A stretch of DNA of 64,000 bases from assembly GCA_000934665.2 (NCBI GenBank), contig KZ538142.1, positions 1 through 64,000 of the forward strand, given 5' to 3'. Shown here in pieces: positions 22,501 through 37,500 of the stretch. Position 1 is the first letter of the stretch. Each line of letters opens with the position of its first letter. This DNA is from Catajapyx aquilonaris. Its lineage: Eukaryota. The translations under genes and the position numbers were made by a program. The notes beneath the pieces are model-generated. The model did not search any database and was not told the DNA's origin. It saw only the letters and a program-made list of their open reading frames with translations.

Positions 22501-25500
22501 GAAAAGTCAGACGATTTCAATGGAAATCACTAGGAGAAATCTTGACGAAAAATCGAGTCACCACAACAGTCCACACCTTTCTCCAGAAAAAGCTTCTTGT
22601 TTTTATGAGCATTCTACTCTCCATAATAAACGCCAAACGCCTCCAGGCCTTCCAACCCATCTAGTTATTTCAACTATGCTTCTTCCTCTCTTGGAGGGAG
22701 AGAAAAAAAAAAACATTTTGGAAGAAAATAAATAAGGCACTCCAGAGAAACTGGAACTTATGGTTGTGGAGGCCACGGGAAATGGTCATGGTGAAAATCC
22801 CCGTCTTGAACAGTGCGGCAAGAAAGCAGCCGAGGGAAATGGCGTCGCTCATTGTCTTGCTAATATGTGTTTCTTTTCTTTTCTTTTCTTTTTTTCCAAG
22901 TAAGGGTCGTTTTCCAAAGAGAAAGCTCGTCCATGGGATTTACTGTTCCCCCAAAAAAATTCCACTCAGAAAAAGGCTACCGCACTTACCGTGCGGTAGC
23001 GTTTTTCTGGGTAGAATTTTTTTGGGGAGAACAATGGCCAATGTGGGTCATTTGGCTGCATCTGATGGACGCTGCCAACCGCACAGAAACTGGACCAATT
23101 CAAGCCCTTCCACGCAAAACTTCCTGTAGCACCATATTCCTCCCATAGATGACGCATCCTCCCTCCCGTCGAGTGATAGTGGCACCTAGCTGATGACTCA
23201 CCCCAGACAAACAGATTCGCATATTCAAGCAGTTGTATGAAAGCAGCGGAGAGTACCAGAAATTATTAGTCAAGCCTGGTCGCGATCGAGACGATCAACT
23301 TTATTTTTGAGACCCATCCCCATGATTGTATTGATGAAATGGATAACTTGGCCACCGCGGGGTGACTCGTGCGCACAAGTCCTTAATCTTTTTACTGGAG
23401 GGGGAGTCCTCCTTATCTGCCAATGGCGTTTAACCAATTTAGTTCGAAAGCAAACTGCGGAGACTCCAAGGCGCAAGATAAAGGAGGGTTTTATGCTGCG
23501 TTGGCCCATTCGGACTAATGGAAACAAAGCGGGGGATCGTAGTTTCAGGTTGCCGTAAAAAAAATATACAGATACGGGCCACCGATGAAATCAGGGGAAA
23601 GGTTAGACCAAGGGTTAAAGAGTTCGAGACGACAGATAATTAATCAGGAAACTCTCTGAGAGTTGGCCAAGAACTCTGCTAAATCAGGGAATCCCCATCC
23701 AGCGACATAGGATTCTCGATAAATCGAAATATTGCAAACTACAACAGATGAAATTTTTGCAGGTGCTACTTCCCTTTTTAGCACACAACGGATCAGGGAA
23801 AATTTGTGGAAAAAAAGTCCAAATGAGTTGGCAAAAATCTCCCAGACCCGCAGCGAATCCCTGATTACACGCCAAACCCTCTGGAGATAAGCGGCGCACA
23901 AACTTTCAGCCGGATGATGTAGAACCGGCTTGCACTTTATCACTCCCAATGCCAATGGATGGAGGAAGAAAAATCTGAGGAAATCGGTTGCGTTCTTATT
24001 CCGGTTTTAATTGGACTCGACCACCACGTGTTATCAGATCCAGAGAGAGAATATCCTGGGAGTCAGGCGGCCCGTTGCACAAGTAAGGCGAAAGGGTAGC
24101 CCTGCACTGTCAGGATAAACCTTACCAAAATATTTTGGAGATTTTCTGCCTTGCATTGTAAGGTTGTAAACTGTGGGTGGTTTCGTTATTAGAGCAGAAA
24201 AACCTCAGGCATCACGAGTGTTATCACTCAGCAGGGTGGGTGGTTGGGTGGATGGATGGATGGCAAAAACCGCAGCAGCTGCAGACACCACCCCTCTTAA
24301 GACAGCCTGCATGTTTCACGTCCCTTCTCTCTTTCCACCCCCCAGGTGACAAATGATATTAATCAAAGGCAGCGTTGTCGCCTGCTCGACAAATCCTCCC
24401 TTCATCGATTTTGTAATTTTGATTGTGATTTGTCACAGGGCCTTTGCTTCATAATCTACATCCGCGAGCATCATTTCGTCTCGCCCTTCCCCTCCTTTTA
24501 GCCTCCACACCATCGATTCATTCCTTCCCACTACTCTTCTCAATTTCTCTTCTTGTTCACCCCGACTGTCCACGTAGTACCTTACTTCGCTCATAGATGG
24601 CGGATCCTCCCTCTCTGCCCACTCCCGCCACGCTCGACGGGTAGTGGCACAACATGCACCTACTTGTGCACCTAGCTCTAGCCACAGACGAAGGGTGAAG
24701 AGCGGTCTAGACTGCATGTAGCTCTAAATAAGCTTTGAGATGACTTGAAGGGTGGTTCCGAGTAGAGGCAGCGGAGTGACGCAAAATAAATGAAACAAGA
24801 GGGCTAGAAAAATGGCTGCGCATGGAAAGCAGAGATAAGTGTCGAGGGAAGAAGGGTGGGGGTTGGGGGGGGGGGGGAGAGAGAGAGGCTGCCATTCGTC
24901 TCTCCCTCTTTTGCCAGGGTCAATTACACAGAAATTGAGATCGTAAAAACTGAGCCTCCCCGGAATGTCTGTCTTCAAGCGCCGCTGCCCAAACTAGGAA
25001 GACGATCTAAGGTTGAGTAAATCGTACAATTTTCTTCGGGGGAACGGATGGACCTCCGCCTCACTAAGCAGGTGGGGAAGTCTCTATGTTTGGAAGCAAG
25101 GCGCACACAATAAAGGCGAGAAAAAAGAAGAAGAAGAGAGGTAGAGAGGGTATAGGGAGGATGAAAAATCGAGCGTCGTCGTTTCTCGCACTTAATGGCC
25201 CGTGTCAGTGTGGTCATTAAGCTCTGATCATCACTGGCAGCCCGGAGACCGCTCGTTGATTTACAGGCGACAACGCTATATTTCCGCAGCAACAAACAAG
25301 CTCAAATGAGCATGTAGCACCATACCCCTCGCAGACATGTCGCAGCACACTACTGCCACTCTCAGTATCGTGCGAGAGGTAGTGTTACTATTTGTTAGTG
25401 GTACTGTTAGTAGTGTTACTGTTAGTGGCCTTGTTATAGTAGTGATACTATTATAGTATTATGGGGGATACTGTTAGTGGTACTGCAGTATTAGCAGTGA

Positions 25501-28500
25501 TACTGTAAGTAATGGTACTATTAGCAATAAGCCTAATACTGCTAGTAGTGGTACTATTAGCAATAGGCCTAATACTGCTAGTAGTGGTACTATTAGCAAT
25601 AGGGCTATTACTGTTAGTAGTGGTCCTGTTAATTAGTGGTACTATTAGTTAGTGGTACTATTAGTTAGTGGTACTATTAGTTAGTGGTACTAGTAGTTAG
25701 TGATAAGTACTATTAGTTAGTGGTGCTATTAGCAGTGATACTGTCAGTGGTGGTACTAGTAGTTAGTGATACTATTAGTTAGTGGTGCTATTAGCAGTGA
25801 TACTGTCAGTAGTGGTACTATTAGCAGTAGTCATATTAGTAGTTGTACTATTAGTACAGTATAGTGGTGCTATTATAGGAACTTTCTTTAAAAACTGTTA
25901 CTCTGCCCTTTAAATGAAGGCATAAATTTTAGAGTGGCGAGGGTTGCCCTGCAATGGCTTTAAAAGATGTTTACTTTTCCGGGAGGTACCAAAGTGTGTG
26001 TGCAAACTGAGTTCGACCCCGGAGGGGGGGGGGGCGTCCCGGAAAACTCTCCCGGAAATTCGCCCCCGTCTCTCTCTCACCAAGTGCGGAAGTACGCCAT
26101 TAATTAGAAACATCAGGTGTGTTCTGACGGATAATCTCGTTACCAAAAACCCTCCACCCCCCTTTTCCTATTAGTCCTAAATCGCCGTTAATTAAGATTA
26201 CCCTTTGGTGGGGACCAGGGTGCAAGGCAGAAGCTTAGCAGCGTCTAATAGCACTCAGGGTGATGTGCGGAGTTGACAACTACTCCAACTATTACGCACG
26301 GGGTGTCTCGTAATGAGTCAAACAAACTCGTTGCTGAGCATATGATCACTTTATGTACAGCTGTCATACTTCGTTACAGAGATAATGGGCATCAAACAGG
26401 TAGGCCTACTGATGCACATAAACTTTCTCTGAATCATTACGAGACACCCTGCCTGTGTAATATCCAGGGAGCCAATCCGGCTCTCCTGGACCAACCAACA
26501 CACATCAGATTGAGCGTCGTTTGATCGCGATGCACAACCAGAGTATTGCCTGCTGTAAACCGGATGGCTGTTACCCCCCATACAGGTCCCCGGATTGAGG
26601 GGGGAGTCCGGATCGAGATTTCATACATACGGAAGTGAGGAAAGGGATCCGGAAAATTCGGACGGGAGTAAGGAAAAGTAGAGAGTTTTACGGGCACCAA
26701 ACCCATCCCTCTCTTCTTCGGTTTTTTTTTTTATTCGGGAAGAGTCAGCCATCAACTTGTGACGGTTGGAAATATGTCGGGTCTGGGTTTATATACATTA
26801 AAGGAGAGGTATGGGCTCTGGAACATGTTTTGCAACAATTATTTATTGCAGGCGGTGCGCATTGCGACTTACGTAGCCTCGACTTACGTATATGATTCCG
26901 AGTTATACGTATATGATTCCGAGTTACGTATGAAGTTACGTCAGTCGGAGGCTCTCGACTTACGTATAACTTACGTAACCTGGACTTACGTATGTATAAG
27001 GTTCCGACCTGCGTAACTTACGTATAATATTACGTAAGTAGGAGGCTTTCTGTAATTTTGAACGATTTGGTCCCACTTTATACCGGTAATATACGCAATA
27101 TGGTATAATAGCCAACATTCTTGAAACCCTCCGCTTCTTAGCACCTTAGCTAAGTGCAACCTAGAGTTTGAATCACCATGCTTTTGTACCAGTTAGTGGC
27201 CCGCAAAATGGTAGTGGTAGCGTCCGCATCCTTAAGGAAGAAGGGGGGGAAAAAGTGGGCGTATCTTCACCATTCCGACCAAAACATCTCTTCCATACAT
27301 TGCGGTAATGACTCAATTTATCCCCCCTTCCAAAAAGTGAGGCCGCGCACAAAGGGGGGCAAGCAGATGGCCACTCGCACTTAAGAGAGAGGAGACCTTA
27401 ATCCTTCCGAGTGCTGGAGAAGAGATGGGGGGGCGTTGTTATCGAGCAGTCTGGTCCGGTCGAAAAAAAATCTGGCAACCCCGCCTCGGAATAAGAATCC
27501 TTTGCTTATGAAACCCGGTTTTCCGGAAATGGGTCTCTGGTTAGGTCAACCCCAAAGCGCACTCACTCTTTTCCTTCCTTCCTTCCGCTGCCAATCCTAT
27601 ATCCATGATGTTTATTTCCCAGCGGGGATTGGGGGTGGGGGAGGGAAGGGTTTGGGGAGGTTTTTTGGCAACGAGGGAGGGGGGGCGGGGGGACTAGGGG
27701 GAGCAGGCGCCATGCCTTTCCCAATCCATTATGGATTGGCTTTTCCCGGGGAACTCCATCTCTCTGCCGCTCTCGGGGCCTATTTTTTTCCACCGCACTA
27801 CGCCCTTTTAATCGTTCCTGGGCACAGCCGAGTTACAGATTCAGCCAACATCTCATCGGATCAGGTTGGCCAACTTTGGTGGTCAATCACAATGGCGCCC
27901 AGCGTGTGTCGCGTGAGAGACGATACTGCTGTAACGTTACAGTCGCGTTTGCTTATTAGTCGTCATATTTTTAAAAGAAAAACTGGCGGTTTATGTCTAG
28001 GTAAAGGTTTTGCAGATAGTGCGTGTTTCCTTGGGACCAAGTCCGACTCGTCCCAAAGAATAAGGCCTATCTACAAGTTGGAATCCGCGAATTTTTCCCC
28101 CTGATTTTTGAGTCACCTTGCCGAATGACCTAACCGTTCTAGTTTCCATATTTCAGCGGAATTTAATGAGTAGAAGTACAATATTTGGTGTCGCAGCGCT
28201 GAGGAGATATGAACGTCAGCATCGGCCTAGTTCTCTCTCTTCTGTGGACTGACGTCACGGGCAGGGGGAGAGAAGCGATAGCGTCATAGGATCGATTACG
28301 TTGAAAGTCATGTGCGGTAAAGCTAAAAGCACGAGTTCATGTCTGACATAAAGATGTCGCAGCATCCTGCGTATACGTTTCCTCTATACAATCTCTTGAT
28401 AGACGTTGCTGGATCATGAGGAACTGAATGTGGAATACTAGTAACAGTAAGTGTCGAGAAACAATAACTAATATGTATGCTAATTGAACTGTTTGGTTGG

Positions 28501-31500
28501 TTGACTTTTCGAGAGCCAAAAATTTGGTGTTACTATTTTAGCCCGGCAGGTTTACGTAAACTTTTTTTTTGCTATCCAGCGAAGGTTTGCGTTACGCTGC
28601 TGTGTTGGTGTCGCTTAACCCACTAATTTTTTTGCAAACTAGCAGCGGGTAATCACCGGATCATTTTTCCACTCTATCCATTGTCTAATTTGCCAACACA
28701 AAAAAGAGCCTTTCCCCCAAAAGAAGTATTCCCCCCAGCGACGCGTCAACGTTCATGTGCAAATTAACAAAAATGATTTAATTTCACGCCCATAATTTTT
28801 TTTGGGAGAGAGAGTATAGGGGGGGGGGGGGNNNNNNNNNNGCATGAGCTCTTTTGTGCTGGCAGCTTTTTCACTGCCATGAACCGTCGCATTAGTCTTA
28901 TCTTAGGCTAATTAGTTGTATGCCAGATGGCTTTTTATCGCTTTGGAAAATTGCTTGCCCTTCATTCTTCGGAATCATGCGAGTCTATTGTCGAACCTAA
29001 TTTTACTGTGTCGAGGCACACGATTTCCAGTGGCCCCCATTGCGAGAGGTATAAACAGCGTTTTGGGTTAATCTCCCCCCGCAATTAAGCGCTGTAATTA
29101 GGCTTAAGTCTAACGCTTTTCTGGTCAACATTCCCCTCTTTCGGGCTTGGGGGACCAGGCCCATTTCAGCCAGTCTGACGCACACACAAAAAAATTTGAA
29201 CAGGGTGTACCAATTCAGTACAGATTATTGCAGACTGCATATAAACCATCTTTGAGTATATACCGGCCTTGCAAATAATAAATAGGACAGGCGGATTTAT
29301 CTGCGTTCAGTAATGAAAAGAGAAAAGTACATATTTTCGCGTTCACAGGAAACGGGGCAGCCTCTTTCATCTCCATATATGATTATTTTTCCCAAGGTGC
29401 TGAAGAAGAGAGAATGCGAGAATGGATTTTTCTTGCAGGGAAGCAATCTGCTCTTGGGGTGGGATGCGCCGGATTGTCTGTCACATTTTCAACACCCAAC
29501 CCACCCCTTCCATTCCGGGGAAGACTCCTCTTTTAATATTCGGGCGTTCCTTTGCTTTTCTTACAGGAGTCAATAAATCACACCCAGGGAATATTACACG
29601 AGTGGCGCAAATCAAAGTTGAGCTGTGCCTGAGAGAAGCGCGTGTCCAAAGTCAAAGGCTTCTCTCTCCACCACCTTCCACAGGAAATTCCTCCTGGACT
29701 CCGGAGCTTTCCCTTTGAATTGTCCTCGGCCCAACTCTGCTCTCCGGAGCCTCTCCCTCCCTCCCTCTCCTTTGACAACAATTCTTCAGCGGCGACTTTT
29801 TAAGGTGCCGTCCGGAATCGATTCCCGGAGTCTGAGGATTCCCCGGATGGGAAAAGAAGACCTTGCAGACAGAGCCAAAACCTCTCAACACTCACAGCCG
29901 CAGAGAGAGAGAGAAGCTACAGTCCGGGCCAAAAACTCTCTCAGTACTCCGGATATGCAACTGTTGGCCCAAGCGTAGATCCGGGTATGTCGAATTACGT
30001 ATGCAAAATTATGGCCCACCGGGTTATCCAATAATACAATAAATATTGACAAAATACAGCCGAAGAGCTGTTATTACTTTCGAATATACTGAACAGTAAG
30101 TTGCACATTCAAACTGACTTTTTGTTGTTGCGATTCTTTTAATGATTTTATGTGATTAGTCAGTAGCCCTCGAAACCTTGTAATAAGCAAAAAAGAAATT
30201 GTACCAGTTCGGCAATGCAGGTACGGAAAAAAAAATTTGCTCCAGATACTGTGACCTTAAGACGTCTCCAAGACGCCACATCTTCCACCACGAAATAAAA
30301 GTCAGCTTCCATTCCCCGGATTTTACAGTTATGAGCTTCATTAAGGGGGCTTGACACTTCGCTCCTTTATATATATATATATATTAAAAAAACCTTCCGA
30401 GCCTCTGAGTAGGTCAAGGTCACACCCTAAAATTTTTCAAAACCTTTCCCCGCATTGCCGAGCAATATAATAACCGTGCTTTGTGCTGCCACCTATTCCT
30501 ATTGACACTACATTGTTCCACACTGCAACACAACGCCATGCAACAGAATTCGCTCTCTAGAGAATTCCAACACTGCCTCTTAATCTACATCTCACTCTAT
30601 TTTCTCTCCACACTAAAACCGTGTCCATGTCACATGCCTCATGTTATTCCCCGTCTCCAGCATGTTTAAAAAAAAAATTAGCATGCTTCATGGCATGGGG
30701 AATTTCGGGAGGGGAAATAGCATTGTTAATGTAGATTCGAAGTTCAGCAGCAGCATAATTCCAAACCACACGTTTTTGGTTTAAAAAGAGAGACCCTATA
30801 AGTACATGCAATGGGAGGAAAGCATGCGCGGAAAAGTCAGAGCCAACCAAGCTGTTCAAATATGCTTTCTTATTTTTTTAAATCTCCCAAAAATCCACAA
30901 AAATTCCTTTTTGGTGAGACTGGACTAAATATATAAAAAAATACACGTTCATTGTATAGTCTGCTGAGTTTCCAAATGCAAAGCGGCGCGCGCAGTTCCA
31001 ACAAACTTTTCCATTCCCAGCTAAAAACTTTCCAAAAAAAAAAGAGTACGGGGAAATAGAGCTAGTTTTCCTAACATAAAAATTGGAAAACTATTTTTTT
31101 CACACTCTCTCACACACTCGCACATATTACATATTTTTTGTTGCTCACTCTTGTCATCTGCCTGGAGTAACAAAGTAACGCCTAATGACAAAAGCAGACT
31201 CGGGAGCAGAGACCACACTAATTTTATTTCCCCGTACAATATGTCTGGCGCAAGCAAATTTTGTAGGAAGGTTGGTTTCATGTGATTTTGGGTGGGGAAA
31301 AGGTTTGGAAGGGACAATCATTTATATAGTTTTTTTTTTCAAAACAAATGCCCAGCCGCAATGATTTGTTCTCAAACCATAGGCAAAAAAGTAAGCATAT
31401 CTAGCGCGTTAGTACCGTCCAAGTTGCACTTTGTGCTCGCCATACATTTCATAGAAAGGGGGAGGAGCAGGGCCAAAAATTTAGGGGGGTCAGGGGGTCA

Positions 31501-34500
31501 AAATAAATATTTAAATAATATGAAGGTCGGGTTTGAAAAGTACGAGAAGGGGAGCCTGTAGACAAACCTTCTCACGGCCCCTTTCGAGAGCCCCTGCTCC
31601 ATACGATAGCCACTATAATAAGAAGAAGAAGGAACAAAAATTTGGTACGGTCCCATCCCCCAGAAAAAATATATATATATTTTTGAAACTGTTGGGAAAC
31701 CAATGCTCATTTTTCGTGCCAGTTATTGTTGCATAACTGTCGCTTAGTAGGCCACCGCTCTAGATGTGGAATTAATATTTTAAAAATTACGTACTGTTCG
31801 TTTCAGGATAATACGATCGTGTTTCCAGCAATATTTTTCGACAATTTTTCTTAATTTTTTTAAATTTGATACAAATTTCTAACAATATTTTACTACAGTA
31901 GTAGTACTACTACACTTTACTACTACATTTTACTACAGTAGTAGTGAAATATTGTTAATAAAAAATGAATGAATTTTCTGACGAATATCCGCAGCAATCT
32001 TTTCAACTGCAGTAGTATGAAATAAATCATAAATTGTATATTCATCGCAAGTTCATCAGAAAATTCATTTCTTTTGCTTTCGAAGTGTTCATACTTTTCC
32101 TAAGGAAATTCCACATTTAGTATGTGGCTCTTTTCGTCATGCTGGCGTTTTTTTGGCATATTACAGGTCGGCACATGTTACTTCCATGCACGCCTCAACC
32201 CAAAAATTTCTGAACACACAGATTTTTACCTTAGCATTTTTTTTGCTCAATGTACGACTGATGGACATGCATTTGAGAGAGAGAAATTGGGATCCCCACA
32301 TGCAAACCTGCACCGAAAGACCACACACAAACACTGGGGGGTCTTTGGGTGGGGGAAAGGGCTTATTTTTATTTTTATTTTCTGGGTCATTTTTGAGCAA
32401 ATTTTTGACGTGCGATGCATTTTTTTGTCAACGAGACTGTACCTGTTCGAGAAGCCTGAGCTTGCGTCGTCTGCTCTGTTCCTCCAGTCGGTCCACGCAT
32501 TCTCGAAGCTCCTCGATCTCTTCCTTGACCTGCTGCACCACGTCCAGCTCGTGCCTGATGGCCACCATGTCCCGCTTGACCTCAGAGACCTCGCTCTGAC
32601 ACGACTCCACCGATTTGGTCAGCTCCTGCAGCTGGCTCCTGATCTCGGACAGCGCCACGCTGGTCTCCAGGTGACGGTCGCCCTGCAGCTCGTCCAGCTT
32701 ACTGCTCAGGTTCATGCTCATCACTGCCACCTGCTTCTGCAGACTGCAGGCCAGGGGGGTCAGGGGGGAACCAGGGGATTCGGGGCACCACCAAGGGTAA
32801 CCGAACACAAATCACCAGCACAGAAATTATATCCAAGGGGCGGTGGGCCAAGGGGCAAAGAGAGGCGGAGGGTAGCAAAAATGCATGTCCATGGTCGTCA
32901 GGCAAACAAATTTCGTCGGGGGAGTTAACATATTGGTGACAATAAGGAGAAGGGTTTAATAATTGTCCCCGATTTTTTTGAGGGGGAGAGAATAAGGATG
33001 GAGAAGGGAGAAGAGAGATTCAAATATCACATTACTCTTTCATTTCCAAAGTGTAGGGTCTCGCAAAAAATATGGCGATAAAAAGTATTCATTTCTGCTC
33101 AGCATTGCAAGTGGTTATCAATCTAATTACAGTGGGCGAATTCATTAACCTTGATTTTGGATAAGAGAATTAAAAGCTGAAAATAGTATTTAAAAAGTCA
33201 GTGCGTTGCATACACTTGACTCTTCAGTTATTTCATGGAGTGTTACTCAAAGTACATGAAAGTACATTCTAATGCCCATGATTTTTCTAGAAGCTTATTT
33301 CCGTTCATTAAAAAATCTTGTAAAATTCAATCATAATTATGCTGAAGTACAAAATACTAAAAAAAATCATTCAATTGGGCAATGTTCGAGTGCACACTTT
33401 TGGATCATACTTCATAAATCATCTCAAAATTCTTCAAGGTCGCTAGACTGGAGCATGTGCCGAAACTGTTTCAGGACAAGTATCGAATGCTTTAAATCGC
33501 CATTAAAACACACCATATTTTCAAGACATCGACAGGAACAGGCCTACAGGGGAGTTTAGAAAGCTTGTCCACTAAAAAGCCTTGCAGGCAGCGCAAAATC
33601 CATTGCGGTTTTAAGGGAGGTCAAAGCAGCTTCATTTTGCAGCTGCCAAAAAGAATAATACAGCGTAGACAGAGGAAGGGGCCAGGAATATGCAAACCAT
33701 CATTTTTTGACCAGACCGAGGCCAGTGTCACCTCTCTGTGTGTACGCAATTCCCAGACGTTCCTTCCCCCCTCAAAAAAATAAAAAATAAAAAATAAAAA
33801 CGTACACAATGCAGTCCATCATGCATCATCGCATCTTCACATAAAAAAATAAACGCAATGTTTCTCACCATGCCACAGTTCTTGTCGAGTTTGTAAAAAC
33901 AAACATGCAGTTCGCTCACTCTTGGTACAAAAATTTCCACGCATTGTTTTTATTCCGGGAGTATTAATGGCTAATGAATCCTGCTTAGTTACGAAAAAGG
34001 AAGGACGAGGCAGGGGGAAAAAAGGGTTTTTTCTTCTATCCCCCAACCCAAGACTTCAATAAGTTCTCGTTATAGCGCCAAGAGAGAAAAATGTGCCGAC
34101 TCTGTGATTCTTGAAATGTCTCAAGGAAGCACTTGGCGAGTTTTTGAGAAGACAGTCAAGCCTGCATCTTCTCTACCCCACCCCACCCCCCAAAGTCGGA
34201 GGGAACATGACTTGCTCTGATTTGAATTACAAAGTGGAACGTGCTTCGGAATACATTGGGCACCAACTCTACGGGACAAGAAGCCGTGAGGAAAGGAATA
34301 TCATGCACACCGAAAATATATAATATGGACGAATAAAACTTGGTTTGAAAAAAAACAATTCCGGACCGAGTTTTTTGGGGGGGGATTTGTTTGACTTTCT
34401 TTTTTCTCACTATCGAACATTGGGTCAAACATGTCGCGGGTATGACACCATTTCGAGCACAACTCGCGGTTGACAAAACACACATGTCCCCACGAGCATG

Positions 34501-37500
34501 AGTTTTTTCGGGGGGCATGCTGTACAACAAAGTCAACATGCAAGGAAAAGGGGCAAGCTGTTCAGTCATGCAGGCATCAATCCGGGCCATTCCCAATAAT
34601 ATAAAAAAATATATATGTCAAACTCATAAAAAAGCAGTTTCTTGTCAAAGCAGCCATCAGTAATGGACATACAAAATTTCCACGTCACTCAAAACAACGC
34701 GGATGATTTTGTAAAGTTGATATATTTACCCGTAATCCATGCAGCCTCCACTAGATGGTTGCGGGAAAAGGCAAAAAATATAAATAGTTTAGAAATCCAA
34801 ATTTTCCAAAAGTTCGTAACACTACCAGAAGCAACTGTCAATCGCTCTTTTTTTCCTATTAAACTTTGCGAAATTAGTTTGACCAAAACTGTCAAAAAAT
34901 AGTGGGTGCATGTTATCCGCCTAGAAATTGACAGCCCTTCGAGCAATGTTTTTTTAAAAAGCACACCAAATGTAATTGTTTGGAAATATTTGCCAGTATA
35001 ATTTTTTTTTCTCTCAACCTCAGCCAAAGTACGTCATACTCAATTGCACTCGAATTTTTGCACCCACGGTTTTTTTCGCGTTATAAAAAGTGCTTCGGGA
35101 GTATCGTACTTTGGCAGTTGAAACGTAGCAATCCAATTTGAAAGCTGCAGCATTACGTTTCGGGGTTGCAGAAAAAAATACGAAACAATTGTAATTAATC
35201 TACTGCCAACTCACCGTGGAATGACCTACAATATAAAACAATTTTCTGTTGTAGTTTTTTTTTCTTTAAAAACTTATGAATAAATATTAACCTAAAAGTA
35301 AACCTGTTCGCAGCCCAAACGAGAGCCAAGCATGCTTTTTGTATTAAGTTAGAGGAATAATCTAATAAAATAAGCGAAGGCATATTGTCTGCTGTTGTTT
35401 TTTTAAATATGTACATATAAAATAAGTGGGGGGACGGTACATTCTAGCCCAGCAATTCCGTCTATTGTTTGTAAAACACCACCTGACAAAACACCTTTGC
35501 TTCTTCAGGCAGTAACACTTGCACATCAGTATTTCAGAGCACACATTTTTGCCGTTCAAACTACGATTTTCTCTCGTGAAAAATAGCGCCCATGCACTTT
35601 TTTTTTCTCCCAACTCTTGTAGCTATTTGAGAGGGGAAAAAACTCGCCGAAAATCACTGTACTTTTTTGGACGTCCATTATTCAACATTTTTTCTCGGGT
35701 GTGTGTTGTGTGTAAGGATTTTTTTTTTTTTTGAAAACACACTCACGCACAAACTGAAATAAACACTCGCAAGGCAGCCAGCTGTCATGCAGAACTGCAT
35801 CGTTTAGAAGAATAACGCTATAGCCAAATAGCAGCAGCAACAACAGCAGGTTAGGACCCACCTCTCCAAAGTGTACACACAACCCAAACACGCACACACA
35901 ATACATCTCGTGAAACACATCCAAGCATGATCTAATAATAGCGTGTTTTGTTTGCTAATTATTTTTAAAAAAATAGCAATAGCAGCACTTGTTAGAGCAG
36001 GGGTTTTCAGCAGCCAGCAGTCTATGCAAGAGGATGTTTTTGGGATAGATTAACACTACGGAGGAGCTCCACGGGGACAGACATACAGAGAGGTGTCGCT
36101 GGAAACCTCGAATACAAAAAACCGGTACAGGTCGCTCGTTGTTTTATCAGAAAATAATAAAATAAGTCCGATGCAAAGCGAAAATGCAGTACTTGACACA
36201 TCTGATTGGACGGTTTGATTCCTGGCGAATTCTGGCCATTCGTAGCAAAAAAGCCGCATCTGTGCAGTTACGACCTTTTTACTAAGGAAAGTTGCAGTTA
36301 TGACCATCTTGCATAAGAAACCTAGTGGTCTCTTGAAAGCAATTATTTTATTAAAGAGTAATACAATAGCCTATACTTGTTAGGTCTCATGTTAGGTTTA
36401 TGGTTAGGTCCAGATTATATGGCATCAAAAGAATAGCAAAATAACCAGTTACACATATGGAAAGAAATTACAGCAGTTGCGGAGTAGAATTCTGCAAGTT
36501 CACGCTTTTTGTTGCAATATTTTAGTGGACGAGAGACTGCGGTGGAATAATGTCCCACTTGGCTCGCCATTTTTGTTCCGTCTTCGGTGTCCCACTGCTT
36601 TTTCGCTTTGCTGTAGGTAAGAACGCACTAAAGGTCATGCGGCCTGGACACTACAGCTACTTGCTCTAAGTCGCCCGTGAACCTCTTGGATTTTCTGAAG
36701 GGGGGTTTGGGGGATGCGTGCTGGTTTATGCGCACGCAACGCACGCCAGATGTGTGGTGTATACATGCGTATAAAGTAGGTCAATGTCCACACACACAAA
36801 AATGTTTCGGACAATAATTTTTCCTGGCGCAACCAGCAGCATTCCAGCAAGGTGAACCCACAGTGTCCACTTTCTAGCTAAAGTGCTGAAGCTGGCCTAA
36901 CACTAGAGCTTGCGTTTGTCCGAATTTTTTTTTTGGACATGCGTAGTCTGTTCTGATTGAAGATGTTCATAGCGGTTAGCAATTTTTGAATCTAATATTC
37001 TTATCCTTAACAACAATTTATTTTTATGGAATATCAAAAATATTAACTGTTAATATTAGGTTGCACCTACAGCTTATGTTACGCTTATTTATTATTATTA
37101 TTATTATTATTATTCTCGGTTTGCCACGCTTTTCATTTTAAAGCTTCATTACATGATTTTCGTGTAATTTCAGTCAGTTACATTAGTTTTAAGCATAATT
37201 TGTCTTACAAAATAATAAGTGGAAAGTGGCATTTCCATGCATATGGGCGATGTTATACATTATGATATGAATCCACCAGAGCAGCTGATATGAATCACAA
37301 CTCTTAAAACAATTAATTTAAAGTAACAGCTTAAACTCGAGCAGCTTGGTGCCAAAACCTATATCATATATTAAAGTAGCAGTTTCCGAGTAACGGTTAA
37401 AATAACGGTTTAAGGCGCAAGTAATACGTCCGATTTCTTTATAAATAGCTGCTTAAAACCAACAGTTTAGTGCCCAAAAATTGCCAACCATTATGAACAG

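Noticed and set aside
25380..25875. Regularly spaced repeats as a possible CRISPR array
   Set aside because: Tandem degenerate units with no unique spacers, no cas genes, and located in a eukaryotic intron.
27436..28104. 222-aa plus-strand ORF
   Set aside because: Non-ATG start, driven by G-runs, no recognisable domain or splice support.
32122..32928. 268-aa plus-strand ORF
   Set aside because: Antisense shadow of the coiled-coil exon.
35215..35225. 11-nt minus-strand exon-like segment (tag|gtcattccacg|gtgagt); a similar one at 9168-9178
   Set aside because: Frameshifting and unsupported; could be a UTR or poison exon but cannot be told from chance.
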